Source: Polyangiaceae bacterium
GTDB taxonomy: Bacteria > Myxococcota_A > Polyangia > Polyangiales > Polyangiaceae
Assembly (NCBI GenBank): GCA_965222375.1
Contig: CBDCTZ010000005.1
Span: 192,001 to 256,000, forward strand
Length of the DNA stretch: 64,000 nucleotides
Reading direction: 5' to 3'
Positions 9,262-18,681 of the stretch are shown piece after piece (the first letter of the stretch is position 1; every line of letters starts with the position of its first letter). The translations under genes and the position numbers were made by a program. The notes below the pieces were generated by a model, which worked only from the letters and a program-made list of their open reading frames with translations, did not search any database and was not told where the DNA came from.

Positions 9262-9572
9262 CGCTCACGCCCTCCAACGACGCGCAGAGGGGGGTCCTGG
9301 TGCCGGCATCGGAGCCAATCGACAACGTCCGACAGCAGGAACCGCGGAGAATCACATACGCGGACCGTCGGCAGCCCCTCACGGCGCAAACGGTCGAGAG
9401 TGCCCAGCGAGACGCCGAGAGCGCGGGCTAGCGCCTGCCTGTCCAGAAGTGCGGGTGCCGTTGGTGCCTGGGCATCATCCGGCGAGGACTCTGCAGCGTC
9501 AGCGAGCGCTTCGAACGCTTCGGCCTGGGCTCGCAAACTTGCAGCCAGAATTCGTAGTGATTTGGCGACCAT
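9258..9572 (-). CDS. Excisionase/AlpA-like HTH protein
   Basis: LLDRQALARALGVSLGTLDRLRREGLP...PRFLLSDVVDWL. Confidence 0.85.
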   Translation of the reverse strand: MVAKSLRILAASLRAQAEAFEALADAAESSPDDAQAPTAPALLDRQALARALGVSLGTLDRLRREGLPTVRVCDSPRFLLSDVVDWLRCRHQDPPLRVVGGRER

Positions 9573-9620
9573 GGGATGCTCTCCGCACTGCGTTCCGGCG
9601 CCTTCGGAACGCCTGTGGGT

Positions 9621-9821
9621 TCAGTCGCGAGGGCCGTTCGTTGCGGAGGGCGGCGGAGGAAAGCCGAGCGCCATTGCGGCCTGGGCTATTCGGTGCCGGC
9701 TGCTTTGCCGAACGCGGTTCGGGTACAGGTACACAGCGCGCACCGTCCGTTCGTCTGCGGCCGCTCGGGCGGCGATCTCACGTCGCTGTTGGGGGTCTAC
9801 CGGAAGGTCGGGAGCATCCAT
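9621..9821 (-). CDS. Small LacI/Cro-like HTH protein
   Basis: RREIAARAAADERTVRAVY...RIAQAAMALGF. Confidence 0.7.
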   Translation of the reverse strand: MDAPDLPVDPQQRREIAARAAADERTVRAVYLYPNRVRQSSRHRIAQAAMALGFPPPPSATNGPRD

Positions 9822-9847
9822 GCCCTCATGATGAGGGTCACCAACCC

Positions 9848-9882
9848 GGTGAGTCAGTCATTGTGACGATGATTGACTCACC
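9848..9882. promoter_or_regulatory. Inverted repeat (operator or terminator) upstream of the replication/packaging operon
   Basis: GGTGAGTCAGTCAT-N7-ATGATTGACTCACC, 13/14 matched. Confidence 0.5.
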
Positions 9883-10463
9883 CGCCGCCCTTCCGAGCGC
9901 AGGTTTCTGGCGGAACGCACCAGCACCGGCGCACTCATGTGACGTCTTGCGCCGACGACAAGATCTGCGGCTGCACGGACAACATCGAGCGAATCTTCAA
10001 GCGCGATTTCGTAGTGCTCGTCTGGCACGACGTCGAATGCAGCATCTAGCGCCAGGCAATTGCGCCGAACCCAACCAGCATCGAGGCCATCGCTCCGTCC
10101 CTGTTCGAGCCAGCCGGCAACATGCAGACACAAGATCACCGGATAGGACGAGGTGTCAGGTTCCGTTACACCCAGCTCGGCCCGAAGCATGATTCGCCCC
10201 GCCTCGCGGTCTTCGTCCGTACCCATGCCATCGAGCAGCTTCATCCCAAGCGACTTCAGTCCGTCAGCCAGGTGAAGACATTGGAGCGCCAGCGCGGCGT
10301 CCGCTTCTGGCACTTCCCGCGTTGCTCGGACGAGCTCGACGAGCGGTACGTCGAAAGCCATCGCTGTCTTCTCCGGGTTTTCGGGCCTGCCTGCTCCCAT
10401 GATGCCGGGATTATGTGTCCAATTCGCCCGCTTCGCCATAGCGGCTCGCCATAGGTGGTCCAA
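9858..10463 (-). CDS. Hypothetical protein (start uncertain)
   Basis: 201-aa ORF with protein-like composition, divergent from the 10588 gene. Confidence 0.55.
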   Translation of the reverse strand: MDHLWRAAMAKRANWTHNPGIMGAGRPENPEKTAMAFDVPLVELVRATREVPEADAALALQCLHLADGLKSLGMKLLDGMGTDEDREAGRIMLRAELGVTEPDTSSYPVILCLHVAGWLEQGRSDGLDAGWVRRNCLALDAAFDVVPDEHYEIALEDSLDVVRAAADLVVGARRHMSAPVLVRSARNLRSEGRRVSQSSSQ

Positions 10464-10587
10464 CGGCGGCGTCTGGAAGCAGGTCTTCCCGCCGGGACCC
10501 GTGCTGGGAAACCAGTGGTTCGAACGCGAAGGACAAACGCGGCTCGACTCATCCCCGTCTCGGGTGCTGTGGGCTTACAATACCGGG

Positions 10588-11541
10588 ATGTCGCGGACCA
10601 AACCGCCCCCAAAGGCGCTCAACGACGAAGAACTCACGACCCTCATTCTAGCGTCTGGATACCCGCTCGAGCTTCGCCTCTTCCACGCACTTACCGATGC
10701 CGGAATGAGTCCTATCCACGGGCATCGGATAGCGCTTGGCGCCGAAACAAAGGAGATTGACCTGATTACGAGCCTGTGCGTGAGGGAGCGACAGGGAAAC
10801 GATTTGGGGGAAATCGGACTTAGCCTGCTGATTGCCGCGAAGAAACTTCACGCGCCTATGTGCTTTGTCGGCTTCCCTGGAGAACGCCCGGATGATGCCG
10901 ATGAGGGATTACAGCGGGCGACCTTCGCGGGATCGCCTTCCTGGGACGTCAACCGAGACGTGCCCACTTTCGTTTCATCGCCAACCGGCTACGCAGAAGC
11001 ACTTCAGCCACTCTGCTCGCCGCCCCTGTGTGTGCAGTGGGGCGCAGTTTGCAAGCAGAAGGATCGACTCGAGCTGATGCAGTACCACCCCATTTACGAC
11101 GACATGCTCACTCTGGCGCGCGCCGCACTGACCATGGACGCGGACGTGACCAACGCGGCGGTGTCACAGATGGAATCGCACCCTTTTCCACTAAACCGAC
11201 TCCATCTGCCGACGTTGATACTCGATACGCCCACCCTCTACGCATACGACGTCAAGGGAGCTAAGCTTCTCCGAACGGACTCGTTGGTTGTTCGGTTCAA
11301 GTTCGAGGACTCAGGGCGAATGGCCACTCGAAATATCGACGTGATAACAGCCGACTCTCTTCCGGAGTTCCTGACTACACACGAGGACATCCTGGCACGA
11401 CTGCGGGATGTATTTGTGCGCGAGTTCCCTGAGATTGCTCTGCTCGCCCACGCCGAGGCGAAGGCGTGGAAAGTCGCTAGGGACCCAGCGAAAATGTATT
11501 CCAGCTTCATGCAGGCTGCACTTCCGAAAAGGACCATTTGA
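10588..11541 (+). CDS. PD-(D/E)xK nuclease-fold protein, possibly degenerate
   Basis: SGYPLE...KEIDLI...LLIAAKK; ExK position reads AAK; TACAAT 6 nt before the ATG. Confidence 0.65.
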   Translation: MSRTKPPPKALNDEELTTLILASGYPLELRLFHALTDAGMSPIHGHRIALGAETKEIDLITSLCVRERQGNDLGEIGLSLLIAAKKLHAPMCFVGFPGERPDDADEGLQRATFAGSPSWDVNRDVPTFVSSPTGYAEALQPLCSPPLCVQWGAVCKQKDRLELMQYHPIYDDMLTLARAALTMDADVTNAAVSQMESHPFPLNRLHLPTLILDTPTLYAYDVKGAKLLRTDSLVVRFKFEDSGRMATRNIDVITADSLPEFLTTHEDILARLRDVFVREFPEIALLAHAEAKAWKVARDPAKMYSSFMQAALPKRTI

Positions 11542-11915
11542 CGCGCATCCCGAGTGTTCTCACGCCACGGAACCAATCGCTGGTCGTGGGACCGGCGCGC
11601 AGACCGGGGTCACGGTTCCAGTGGCGCGTCTCTCGTCTGCGCCCTCACCCAGCGTCGCGTTTCGAGCTAGAGGCGGCGCGTTCGAGCCAGCGTTCGAGCT
11701 TCAGTGCCAAGGCCCGCGCACGATGCGGATCGTCGGGCAGGGCCGCCCTGATTTGGCGAACCCACCGTAGGATCAGATCACTGCGCCCGGATGCGAGGGT
11801 CGAAACGGGTTCGGACACAGCGCCCGGACACCAAGGATCATTTCCCCGCCGATCAGGGGTGATCACGCTCGACTGTTGATCACGTTTTGCGCGTATTTCC
11901 GCGGAATCCTGCGCA

Positions 11916-11960
<45 letters not shown>

Positions 11961-12052
11961 CAAAACAAGTCGTTTCGAGTTTCACGAAACGTTGAACGGG
12001 ATCCGGCGGATCCGTTTCGCGTCTTCTGCCCCCCGCGCCGAGCCACGCCCCG

Positions 12053-12202
12053 TCCCGGCACCACGAGCGACGGTGGCAATGCCTTCTCGGGCGTGGTCTC
12101 CATGTCGGTGGTCTGAAGGTACCTGTTGAGCGCGGCCAAGCTGGCATGCCCCGAGATCCTGCTCGCGCGCTGCGCGTTGACCCCGGCCCGCGCCAGGCCC
12201 TG
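12053..12202 (-). pseudogene. Tyrosine integrase C-terminal remnant 1
   Basis: LARAGVNAQRASRISGHASLAALNRYL...ALP contains the GH...Y box; cut off upstream by the repeat array. Confidence 0.75.
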
Positions 12203-12488
12203 AGGTAACGGCGCAGCACCCCGAGCACCCCAGCCCGAAGGTAACGGCGAGGCGTAGAACGCCGATGCTCGCAGAATTCCCAGCTGAAGCACCCTAGCCC
12301 GAAGCACCCTAGCCCGAAGGTAGGTACAGAAGCACCCAAGCACCCAGCCCGCAAGCACCCAGCCCGCGCAAGCACCCAGCCCGCAAGCACCCAGCCCGCA
12401 AGCACCCAGCCCGAGGGTAACGGCGAAGCACCCAGCCCGAGAAGCACCCAGCCCGAGGGTAACGGCGAGGCGTAGAACGCCGATGCTC
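12203..12488. repeat. Irregular array of AGCACCC(N)AGCCCG units with GGTAACGGCG modules (REP-like)
   Basis: About 10 full units plus partial ones, 4 GGTAACGGCG modules, 40-bp duplication at 12231-12270 and 12449-12488. Confidence 0.9.
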
Positions 12489-12637
12489 TTGTTGGTGGCT
12501 CGACCGTTCGCTGATGCGGCTCGATGCGCCTCGATAGGCACTCAATGCGTCGAGTTAGAGGACGTTTTCGTGGCAAGGCGACACGGCGAGCGCAGCTGTG
12601 CACAGGCTTTGGCGACGGTCGCGGGAACTGAGCTCGA

Positions 12638-13545
12638 CTAGTTGGTTGGTGGCGGCTCGCAGCGGACGAGACCCTGCACGTGTAGCTTGTAGCTACCGTG
12701 GGGGAACAGCACGCTGGGTTCTCCGGCGCAATGTCGCGCATAGGCGGCTCGATACCGCTCGTGAAACCGCTTGTTACGGAGGATGAGCTCGATGCGCCGC
12801 CACTTGTTTCTGCTCGCGACTCGTGGTCGCAATGCGCGGCGGTCAACGCACGTCTTCGGACAGGAAAACGGCGACTGTCGAAGAATCGCTTTGCGTCCCA
12901 CGACTCTGACTCCGAGTTCTTCCCGTTGCTTCGCTGCTTCCCCCTCTTCCGCGGCGACAGCGGCGCGAAGTTGGCTGACCCATTGTTCGTGGGTCAGATG
13001 AGCGAACTCCACCGGGCGCTGGAACGTCAGCTCGACTCGTGCGGGCATGTTTCCCAGCTTGTCGAAGAACCAACCTGGGCGCTTGGCCACCAAGGGCTTG
13101 TTGGCGAGTTGGCATTTGTACGAGCAGAAACCCGGCCAGTTGTGCACGCGGTCAACCAAGTGGTCCTTCACGGCGTTGCAGAGCGAATACACCTGCTTGT
13201 CGAAGATTGCTTTGGCGTCGCCCAGATGTAGCGCTCCGGTTTGCTCGGTGGACCAGAGGTTTTCCCAGCGGCCCAGGTGGCTGTTCAGGCAGCGAGCCAG
13301 CAGGCTGTGGAAGTACCGCAAGAACTCCGGATAGCACCCGTGTTGGTCGCGCACGCCGGCGTGATAGTGATTGCTCATGACCATGAACCACAGCGGCTCC
13401 ATGTCGTACCGCTGACACGCGATCGCAAAGCAGTAGACGAAACTTCGTCGGTGAACTCGCTCGGACGCAGAAAGAACTTCCGCTCCGAACACCGACGCGA
13501 AATCATGTAGGTCCGGCCAGGAAGAACTTGACGGGGAGGAGTCAT
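12638..13545 (-). pseudogene. RAYT / IS200-like HUH Y1 transposase with a 1-nt frameshift at about 13441
   Basis: MTPPRQVLPGRTYMISRRC...FFLRPS joins FVYC...MSNHYH (HUH)...GRWENLW...YSLCNAVK if one T is restored in a T-run. Confidence 0.85.
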
Positions 13546-13622
13546 GCCAGCCAGCACATCGGCCCGGTTCCACGTGCGTTGCGTGAAATCGACCATCTGG
13601 CTCCAAGCCGCGTCGAACCTCA

Positions 13623-13762
13623 GGCACGAGCCCTGTGCCAGGTCACTAGTCCAGAATTACCCCCGGGCAGGGTGCCGCGGGCAGGGTGCCGGGCACGAGC
13701 CCTGTGCCAGGTCACTAGTCCAGAATTACCCCCGGGCAGGGTGCCGCGGGCAGGGTGCCGGG
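13623..13762. repeat. Perfect 69-bp tandem duplication containing CGGGCAGGGTGCCG units
   Basis: 13623-13691 equals 13692-13760; includes hairpin GGCAC-N7-GTGCC. Confidence 0.95.
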
Positions 13763-13850
13763 GTGCCCGCAACCATTCTCGCGAAATCGCGTGAAAGGGA
13801 ACCTCTGGGTCCCTATCGTGGGCAGGTCGGGGTGGAGCCGAACGAGCCGG

Positions 13851-13988
13851 CCCCGAGACCACAAGCTTCGGTTGCAACGCTTTCGCAGGAGTCGCCACCG
13901 TTTCCAGGTCAGCGAGGTAGCGGTTGCACGCTTTCAGGCTGGCATGCCCCGCGATGTGGGTTGCTTGCCGAGCACTTACCTCCGCACG
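13851..13988 (-). pseudogene. Tyrosine integrase C-terminal remnant 2
   Basis: RAEVSARQATHIAGHASLKACNRYL...ALQPKLVVSG; 26/46 aa identical, ungapped, to remnant 1. Confidence 0.72.
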
Positions 13989-14115
13989 CGCTCCGCGAGC
14001 TGAGCACTCCGTGCCGGTTCGGGGACGAACGGGAAACTGGTGGAACCGGCACGAACGTTGTGAGGCCAACGTCACGTGGGGTGAATCACTTCAGAGTGTT
14101 GACTACATTGGGGGC

Positions 14116-14583
14116 ATGATAAGCGTGCACTGCATGCCTGCACTGGCGAAGCGCCGCACTGGAAAGGCCCCTGTGGATACGGTTTCCGCGCTGTGGGTGA
14201 TCACTGCGGCCGCGTTGCTTGTTGGTGGGTGTCAGCCAATCCCCGACGCCCATGTCGACGCCCATGTTGGGTCACACGGACCGAAGATTTTCGACGTGGA
14301 GTGCGAGGATCGTGACCACTGCGCAGCTGCGGCCATGTCGCTCTGTGGCGCCAGCTACCGCATACGACAGGAGGAGCACGTCCGTGGTACCGACGTCACG
14401 CTAATCAAAGGTGAGCTAGCGGGTGTTCCAAGGTACCCCTACAAGCGTGCCGAGTGGTGGCTCGGGGGAAGCTTCTTTCGACAATGGATCGAATGCTCCG
14501 CTGCCCGCCATGACCCGAGCACCTCGCCGCGCGGGTGGCCCGTGAGCGCGCCACCCGCGCGCAGCCAACTAGCTCGGCGCTAG
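14116..14583 (+). CDS. Putative lipoprotein (start uncertain)
   Basis: Hydrophobic stretch ending LVGGC; Cys-rich body. Confidence 0.55.
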   Translation: MISVHCMPALAKRRTGKAPVDTVSALWVITAAALLVGGCQPIPDAHVDAHVGSHGPKIFDVECEDRDHCAAAAMSLCGASYRIRQEEHVRGTDVTLIKGELAGVPRYPYKRAEWWLGGSFFRQWIECSAARHDPSTSPRGWPVSAPPARSQLARR

Positions 14584-14842
14584 TCTGACTGACTCCATGA
14601 CGCCTCATCACAGGGGTCGTGCGACAACTTTGTGTGTGGGTGGGGTTGCTCATGTGTGGCAAGACTGGCGTCGTCGGGGACAGCAGCGGCCCACCGCTCG
14701 GCGTCGATTCCTGCGGGGCGACGCTCGACGATCGGTGCGTGACCGTGGAGGCGGTAGTAAAGGACGAACTCGGTGCATGCACGCGTCGCTCGAAGTTCTC
14801 CGAGGAACGCACAGCGCTTGCGCTCCTCCGTGACTGAGCGAG

Positions 14843-15358
14843 CTACTCGCAACTCTCATCACCATGCTCGATGTTCAAGAGCTCTTCCGAATATGGGCAG
14901 CGCGTCCCGACTACTACACAGTCCCCCACCAACTCGGAACGGTTCGGGTGGCAGTTCGGCATGTCTTCGCCTATCCAGCCGTTGCGATAGTACTCGGAGA
15001 GGATCGCGCAAATGGTGCGCTGAGAGCATTGAGAGGTCGCTGACCTCCTGGTGGTTCCGTCCGCGAACACGACGTACACCTCGGTCGAACCACCGTCTAG
15101 GACGATAGCCGCTGGCCCTGCGTCGTAGGCTCGTGCAAGAGCCCAAAACCCATGCTTGTCGAGGGTTCGGACGGCGGAGGCTAGCTCATCGCCGCTGCAC
15201 ACTTCGAACCCGGCCTCGCAGTTGTATAGTGAATGCTGGCAGGATACTCCAACACACGATACTTGCTGGCCCGATGCGTTGCGGACGGTTTGGCTGACAC
15301 ATCCTGCGGAAAGAGCGGCGACCATTGCCATGGTCGTGAGGATTCGTGGGAACTCCAT
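14843..15358 (-). CDS. Putative lipoprotein
   Basis: Signal peptide with LSAGC lipobox; several Cys. Confidence 0.65.
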   Translation of the reverse strand: MEFPRILTTMAMVAALSAGCVSQTVRNASGQQVSCVGVSCQHSLYNCEAGFEVCSGDELASAVRTLDKHGFWALARAYDAGPAAIVLDGGSTEVYVVFADGTTRRSATSQCSQRTICAILSEYYRNGWIGEDMPNCHPNRSELVGDCVVVGTRCPYSEELLNIEHGDESCE

Positions 15359-15836
15359 GTGCCCTCAGCAATCGATAGTCAGGTTTGGTCCCGCATTCCC
15401 ACGCATCCTGCGCAGGAGTTGCCTTACCACCAGCGATCGCCCTACGACAGCTCGAAAATCGACCTTTCTGAGGATCTGGCGGCGTTCCCAAGCTGCGTCA
15501 GCTCGACGCCGTGCAAAGTGATTTCGCGGAGTTCCGCATGCACGGCGGACTCTAGCAAGCCGGTCGCCTCAGCAAACGCAGCAACTTCAAATAGGAATCC
15601 TCAGTGCCGACAATGATGAGCGAGTTCGTCTGTTCGTCGGCCACGACCTTGCTCAGGCCGCCTTTGCCGGGTAGCTCGAACAGCTCGTAAATGGCCTTGG
15701 CGACGTCGGCGGCCGAGAAAGGGTTCACGGGTTCGACGAATATCCGGCTTCCGGCGCCGCCCACATCGATCTCCTCGACCGTAACCGTTCAGGGGTTGGG
15801 TTGAGGGCCCGGCTCGGGACGTGAGATTCGTGGCGC

Positions 15837-16250
15837 ATGGCGAAGACGACGAGTAACAGCGAGGGATTGTCGGAGCGGATCGAGCAGCTGGTTCGGGAGC
15901 ACATCGCGGAAAGCCGGCGGAGCGCGCAGGAGGCGGTCGAGCGAGGCTTCGCGGTGGCGGAGACGCGGGCTGCCAGGGCGCGGAAGTCATCGACAGGGTC
16001 GAGAGGTCGCACGGGACGTCGCCGTCCACCCGAGGAAGTTACGGCGATTGGGCAGCGGCTCTACGCGGCCATCTGTGCGAGCCCCGGCAAGGGCATGGCG
16101 GCGCTGGCAGAGGAAGTCGGCATTTCGGTGCGCGAGCTGCACCGACCGATGACGCGTTTGAGGAGTGCGGGGCAGATCCGGAGCGTCGGTTCCAAGCATC
16201 TGACGCGGTACTTCCCGATGGCGGTGGACGCCGCGGCCGATACTGAGTGA
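15837..16250 (+). CDS. IS-borne putative winged-helix DNA-binding protein
   Basis: SPGKGMAALAEEVG...LHRPMTRLRSAGQIRSVG...TRYFP; lies inside the TIRs, convergent with the transposase. Confidence 0.75.
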   Translation: MAKTTSNSEGLSERIEQLVREHIAESRRSAQEAVERGFAVAETRAARARKSSTGSRGRTGRRRPPEEVTAIGQRLYAAICASPGKGMAALAEEVGISVRELHRPMTRLRSAGQIRSVGSKHLTRYFPMAVDAAADTE

Positions 16251-16251
16251 C

Positions 16252-17706
16252 TCAAGCTGCTGCGGTCTTGAACAAGGAGGGCCAGTTTGTCCCCTCCATG
16301 CGAGCTTGGCAGGACTCGGCGAGGAAAGTCAGCACGTTCTTGTTCTGCTTGCGCGCCGTGTGCGCGATGGTCATCACGCGCTCAGCGAAGACGTTGCCAC
16401 GCTTGCTCTGGCTTCCGAACGAGCCCTTGCGCCAGAGCACGAAAGCGCGCAGTTCCCTTTCGGCATGGTTGTTTGTCGGCTCCACGTCATCGCGCTCGAT
16501 GAAGGTCCAAAGCGCCTCCTTGTATTTCAGAATGTTGGCGCACGACCCCGACAAGTCCTTGATGTCGAGGAGGACAGCCTTCTCGAACATGGCCTCCATC
16601 TGCTGCCGCAGCGGAGCCATCCACGCCAGAAATCGCTCCCGGGTCATTTTCCCCGCCCGGTAGTCGCGCCAATAATCGAACAAGATGCCGGTGTAGCCGA
16701 GCAAGTCTCGGCCAAGCGCGCCGGCGGGACCATCGCGCTCCGAGAACGACACAAACTTACGTAGCAAATGCGCCCAACAGATCTGCCGGCGCTCCGCCGC
16801 CCAGAAAGTAAGTGCTGTGGCGCGATCACTTACCAAGATCCCATTCAGGTCGCCGAACAACGGCCGGAGTGTGTCTTTGGCGCCATCGGCGAGGATCCGG
16901 AACACCGTCACCGCCGCGGTGGCGATGGTCCAAAGGGACATCGTCGTGCCTGCCTGAAACCAGGTTGTTCCATCGGTGTGTTTCACATCGGCCTGGACCG
17001 CATGGTCCCAGGCTTCATTGACCGCGGGCGCGAGCGCGTCGCTGACGCGCTCTTCGACCGCACTGATCGCGCCGAGTGAAACCGAGACGCCCAGCACATC
17101 GGCAAGTAGCCCTTGCGCCTTGCGCCGGCTGAGATGATACACGCCCGTAAAGAGAGCCACTAACGCCATCAGGCGAGGTCCAAATGAGGACGTTGGGATC
17201 AGAGATTCGTCGTAGCGCGCGCAAGTGACATGGGCGCAGCCTGCGCAGGCTACCGCGTGGCGACGATACTCGGTCGTGTGCGGGCGGATGGGTGGGACCT
17301 CGGTCACCTGGTGACGATGGGCGTGCGGGTCGCGGACTTCCGGCAGCGGTTTCCAGCAATTTTCGCACTCGCGTGGGAAGTGGTCGACGAACTTGTCCAC
17401 CTGATCTTCCGGCACCAAGTTTCGGTGGCTGCCCGGGTGCCCCTTCTGCCCACCTCGCTTGCGCTTCTTCTGCTTGGCCCGCGATCGACGCTCCTTCCGA
17501 TTGCCCGGGGGATCGCTGGACGGTGGCTTGTGCGAATTCGACGAGTTTTGATTCAGCTTCTCCAGCAAGCTAGCAACCTGCTGCTCAAGCTCCGCGATGC
17601 GGGCATCCTGCTCCGCGATGCGCGCATCCTGCTCCGCGATGCGGGCATCTTTGGCTGCAACTTCAGCCTCGAGCTGCCGGGTACGGTCGGCCTGCGGATC
17701 GCTCAC
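16252..17706 (-). CDS. IS66 DDE transposase (TnpC-like)
   Basis: Coiled coil, NSSNSHKPPSSD, GGQKGH, CENC/CAGC Zn finger, LVSDR, QICWAHLLR, PTNNHAERELR. Confidence 0.96.
   Translation of the reverse strand: MSDPQADRTRQLEAEVAAKDARIAEQDARIAEQDARIAELEQQVASLLEKLNQNSSNSHKPPSSDPPGNRKERRSRAKQKKRKRGGQKGHPGSHRNLVPEDQVDKFVDHFPRECENCWKPLPEVRDPHAHRHQVTEVPPIRPHTTEYRRHAVACAGCAHVTCARYDESLIPTSSFGPRLMALVALFTGVYHLSRRKAQGLLADVLGVSVSLGAISAVEERVSDALAPAVNEAWDHAVQADVKHTDGTTWFQAGTTMSLWTIATAAVTVFRILADGAKDTLRPLFGDLNGILVSDRATALTFWAAERRQICWAHLLRKFVSFSERDGPAGALGRDLLGYTGILFDYWRDYRAGKMTRERFLAWMAPLRQQMEAMFEKAVLLDIKDLSGSCANILKYKEALWTFIERDDVEPTNNHAERELRAFVLWRKGSFGSQSKRGNVFAERVMTIAHTARKQNKNVLTFLAESCQARMEGTNWPSLFKTAAA
17590..17649. 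repeat. 21-bp coding tandem repeat (DARIAEQ heptad, about 3 copies)
   Basis: CTCCGCGATGCGSGCATCCTG repeated. Confidence 0.9.
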
Positions 17707-18681
17707 CAGCGTCCCAATCGCCCATTTTTGCGAAGATGGAAAGCCGATTGAAATAATGGAGCAATCTCGATCGCTTGCGCGAGACCGCGGTGTCCAGGCG
17801 CCCTACCCCTGAACGGTTACCCTCGACCAATTGAATCATGCGGCGGACTTGCACGCCCGTGTCCGTGATGATCAGCAGTCGACCCGGAGAGCAAATGCTC
17901 AGATCGCCCTCTTTGCTCTTGAACTTCGTGAGCAACTGGCTCGCTTCCTCTGCCGAGACGTACTTCAAACGGTAGAGCCGTGTAACGAAGCGACCTACAT
18001 TCGGTGCGGGAGCGCTCCGGAAGTGCACCGGCGTCGTCTTGATCCGGTGGCCCATAGATTTGGCCTTGCACGACACGCTTGCAACCTTCGCAATGGAGAC
18101 CATGTTGTTGGGCAACGCACCCGTGGCGCCCGGCGGCGGCTTGTCATGAGTCCTGGCAGCACCGGTTGCTGTGGCGGGGCCTTTCTTCCCCGGAAGCTTG
18201 AGGGGACTGCCGGCAGCAGACGCACCGCCAGGCTTGGAGCGAATGGGAGGCACATTTTGCGCCGCGACTCCCAGCCCAATGCTGGACAACGCGAGTGCCA
18301 CACTCGTGGCTTTGAATCGGGATCTGTAGGTCATGGGCTCACTTGGCTCGGAAGTCCGTGCTCATGGCCTGCGACGCGAAACCCGTGCCACAGGCCATCC
18401 GGCGAAAAAACATGCGAATTCCTTGAACTTTGTTCGGCGCTACGCCGCGCCATCCTGACAGAACCCCTGTCGAAAAACGTCCTGGTTGACGATGTGTCAA
18501 TCCGTTCCGCTCGTGTCGCACAAGCGACTTGTCCGAGGTAACCTAGGCCAAGTCGACCGCTTCAAGTACCAGGCGGGAACGTGTGGTGCTTCAAGCGACC
18601 CCTGTAGCCGCTCGGATTCTGCCCGACCTGAGCGCACGGGCGCACCTCACGCTCGTCCACTACGCCACGAGCCCACGGATC

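Larger units (their letters stand above)
15781..17820. mobile_element. IS66-family insertion sequence, 2040 bp
   Basis: Terminal inverted repeats GTAACCGTTCAGGGGTWGGG (19/20); 8-bp target duplication CCTCGACC at 15773-15780 and 17821-17828. Confidence 0.97.
15552..18334 (-). pseudogene. Secretin (GspD-like) N-domain protein interrupted by IS66
   Basis: Removing the IS and one target duplication restores ...LLIITDTGVQVRRMIQLVE|EIDVGGAGSRIFVEPV...VVADEQTNSLIIVG; signal peptide present. Confidence 0.85.

Noticed and set aside
12203..12488. CRISPR array
   Set aside because: Units are about 14-15 bp and mostly abut, with no unique constant-length spacers and no cas genes
13766..13775. CCCGCAACCA as a tRNA-fMet 3' att remnant
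   Set aside because: Only 10 bp with no T-arm; could be chance
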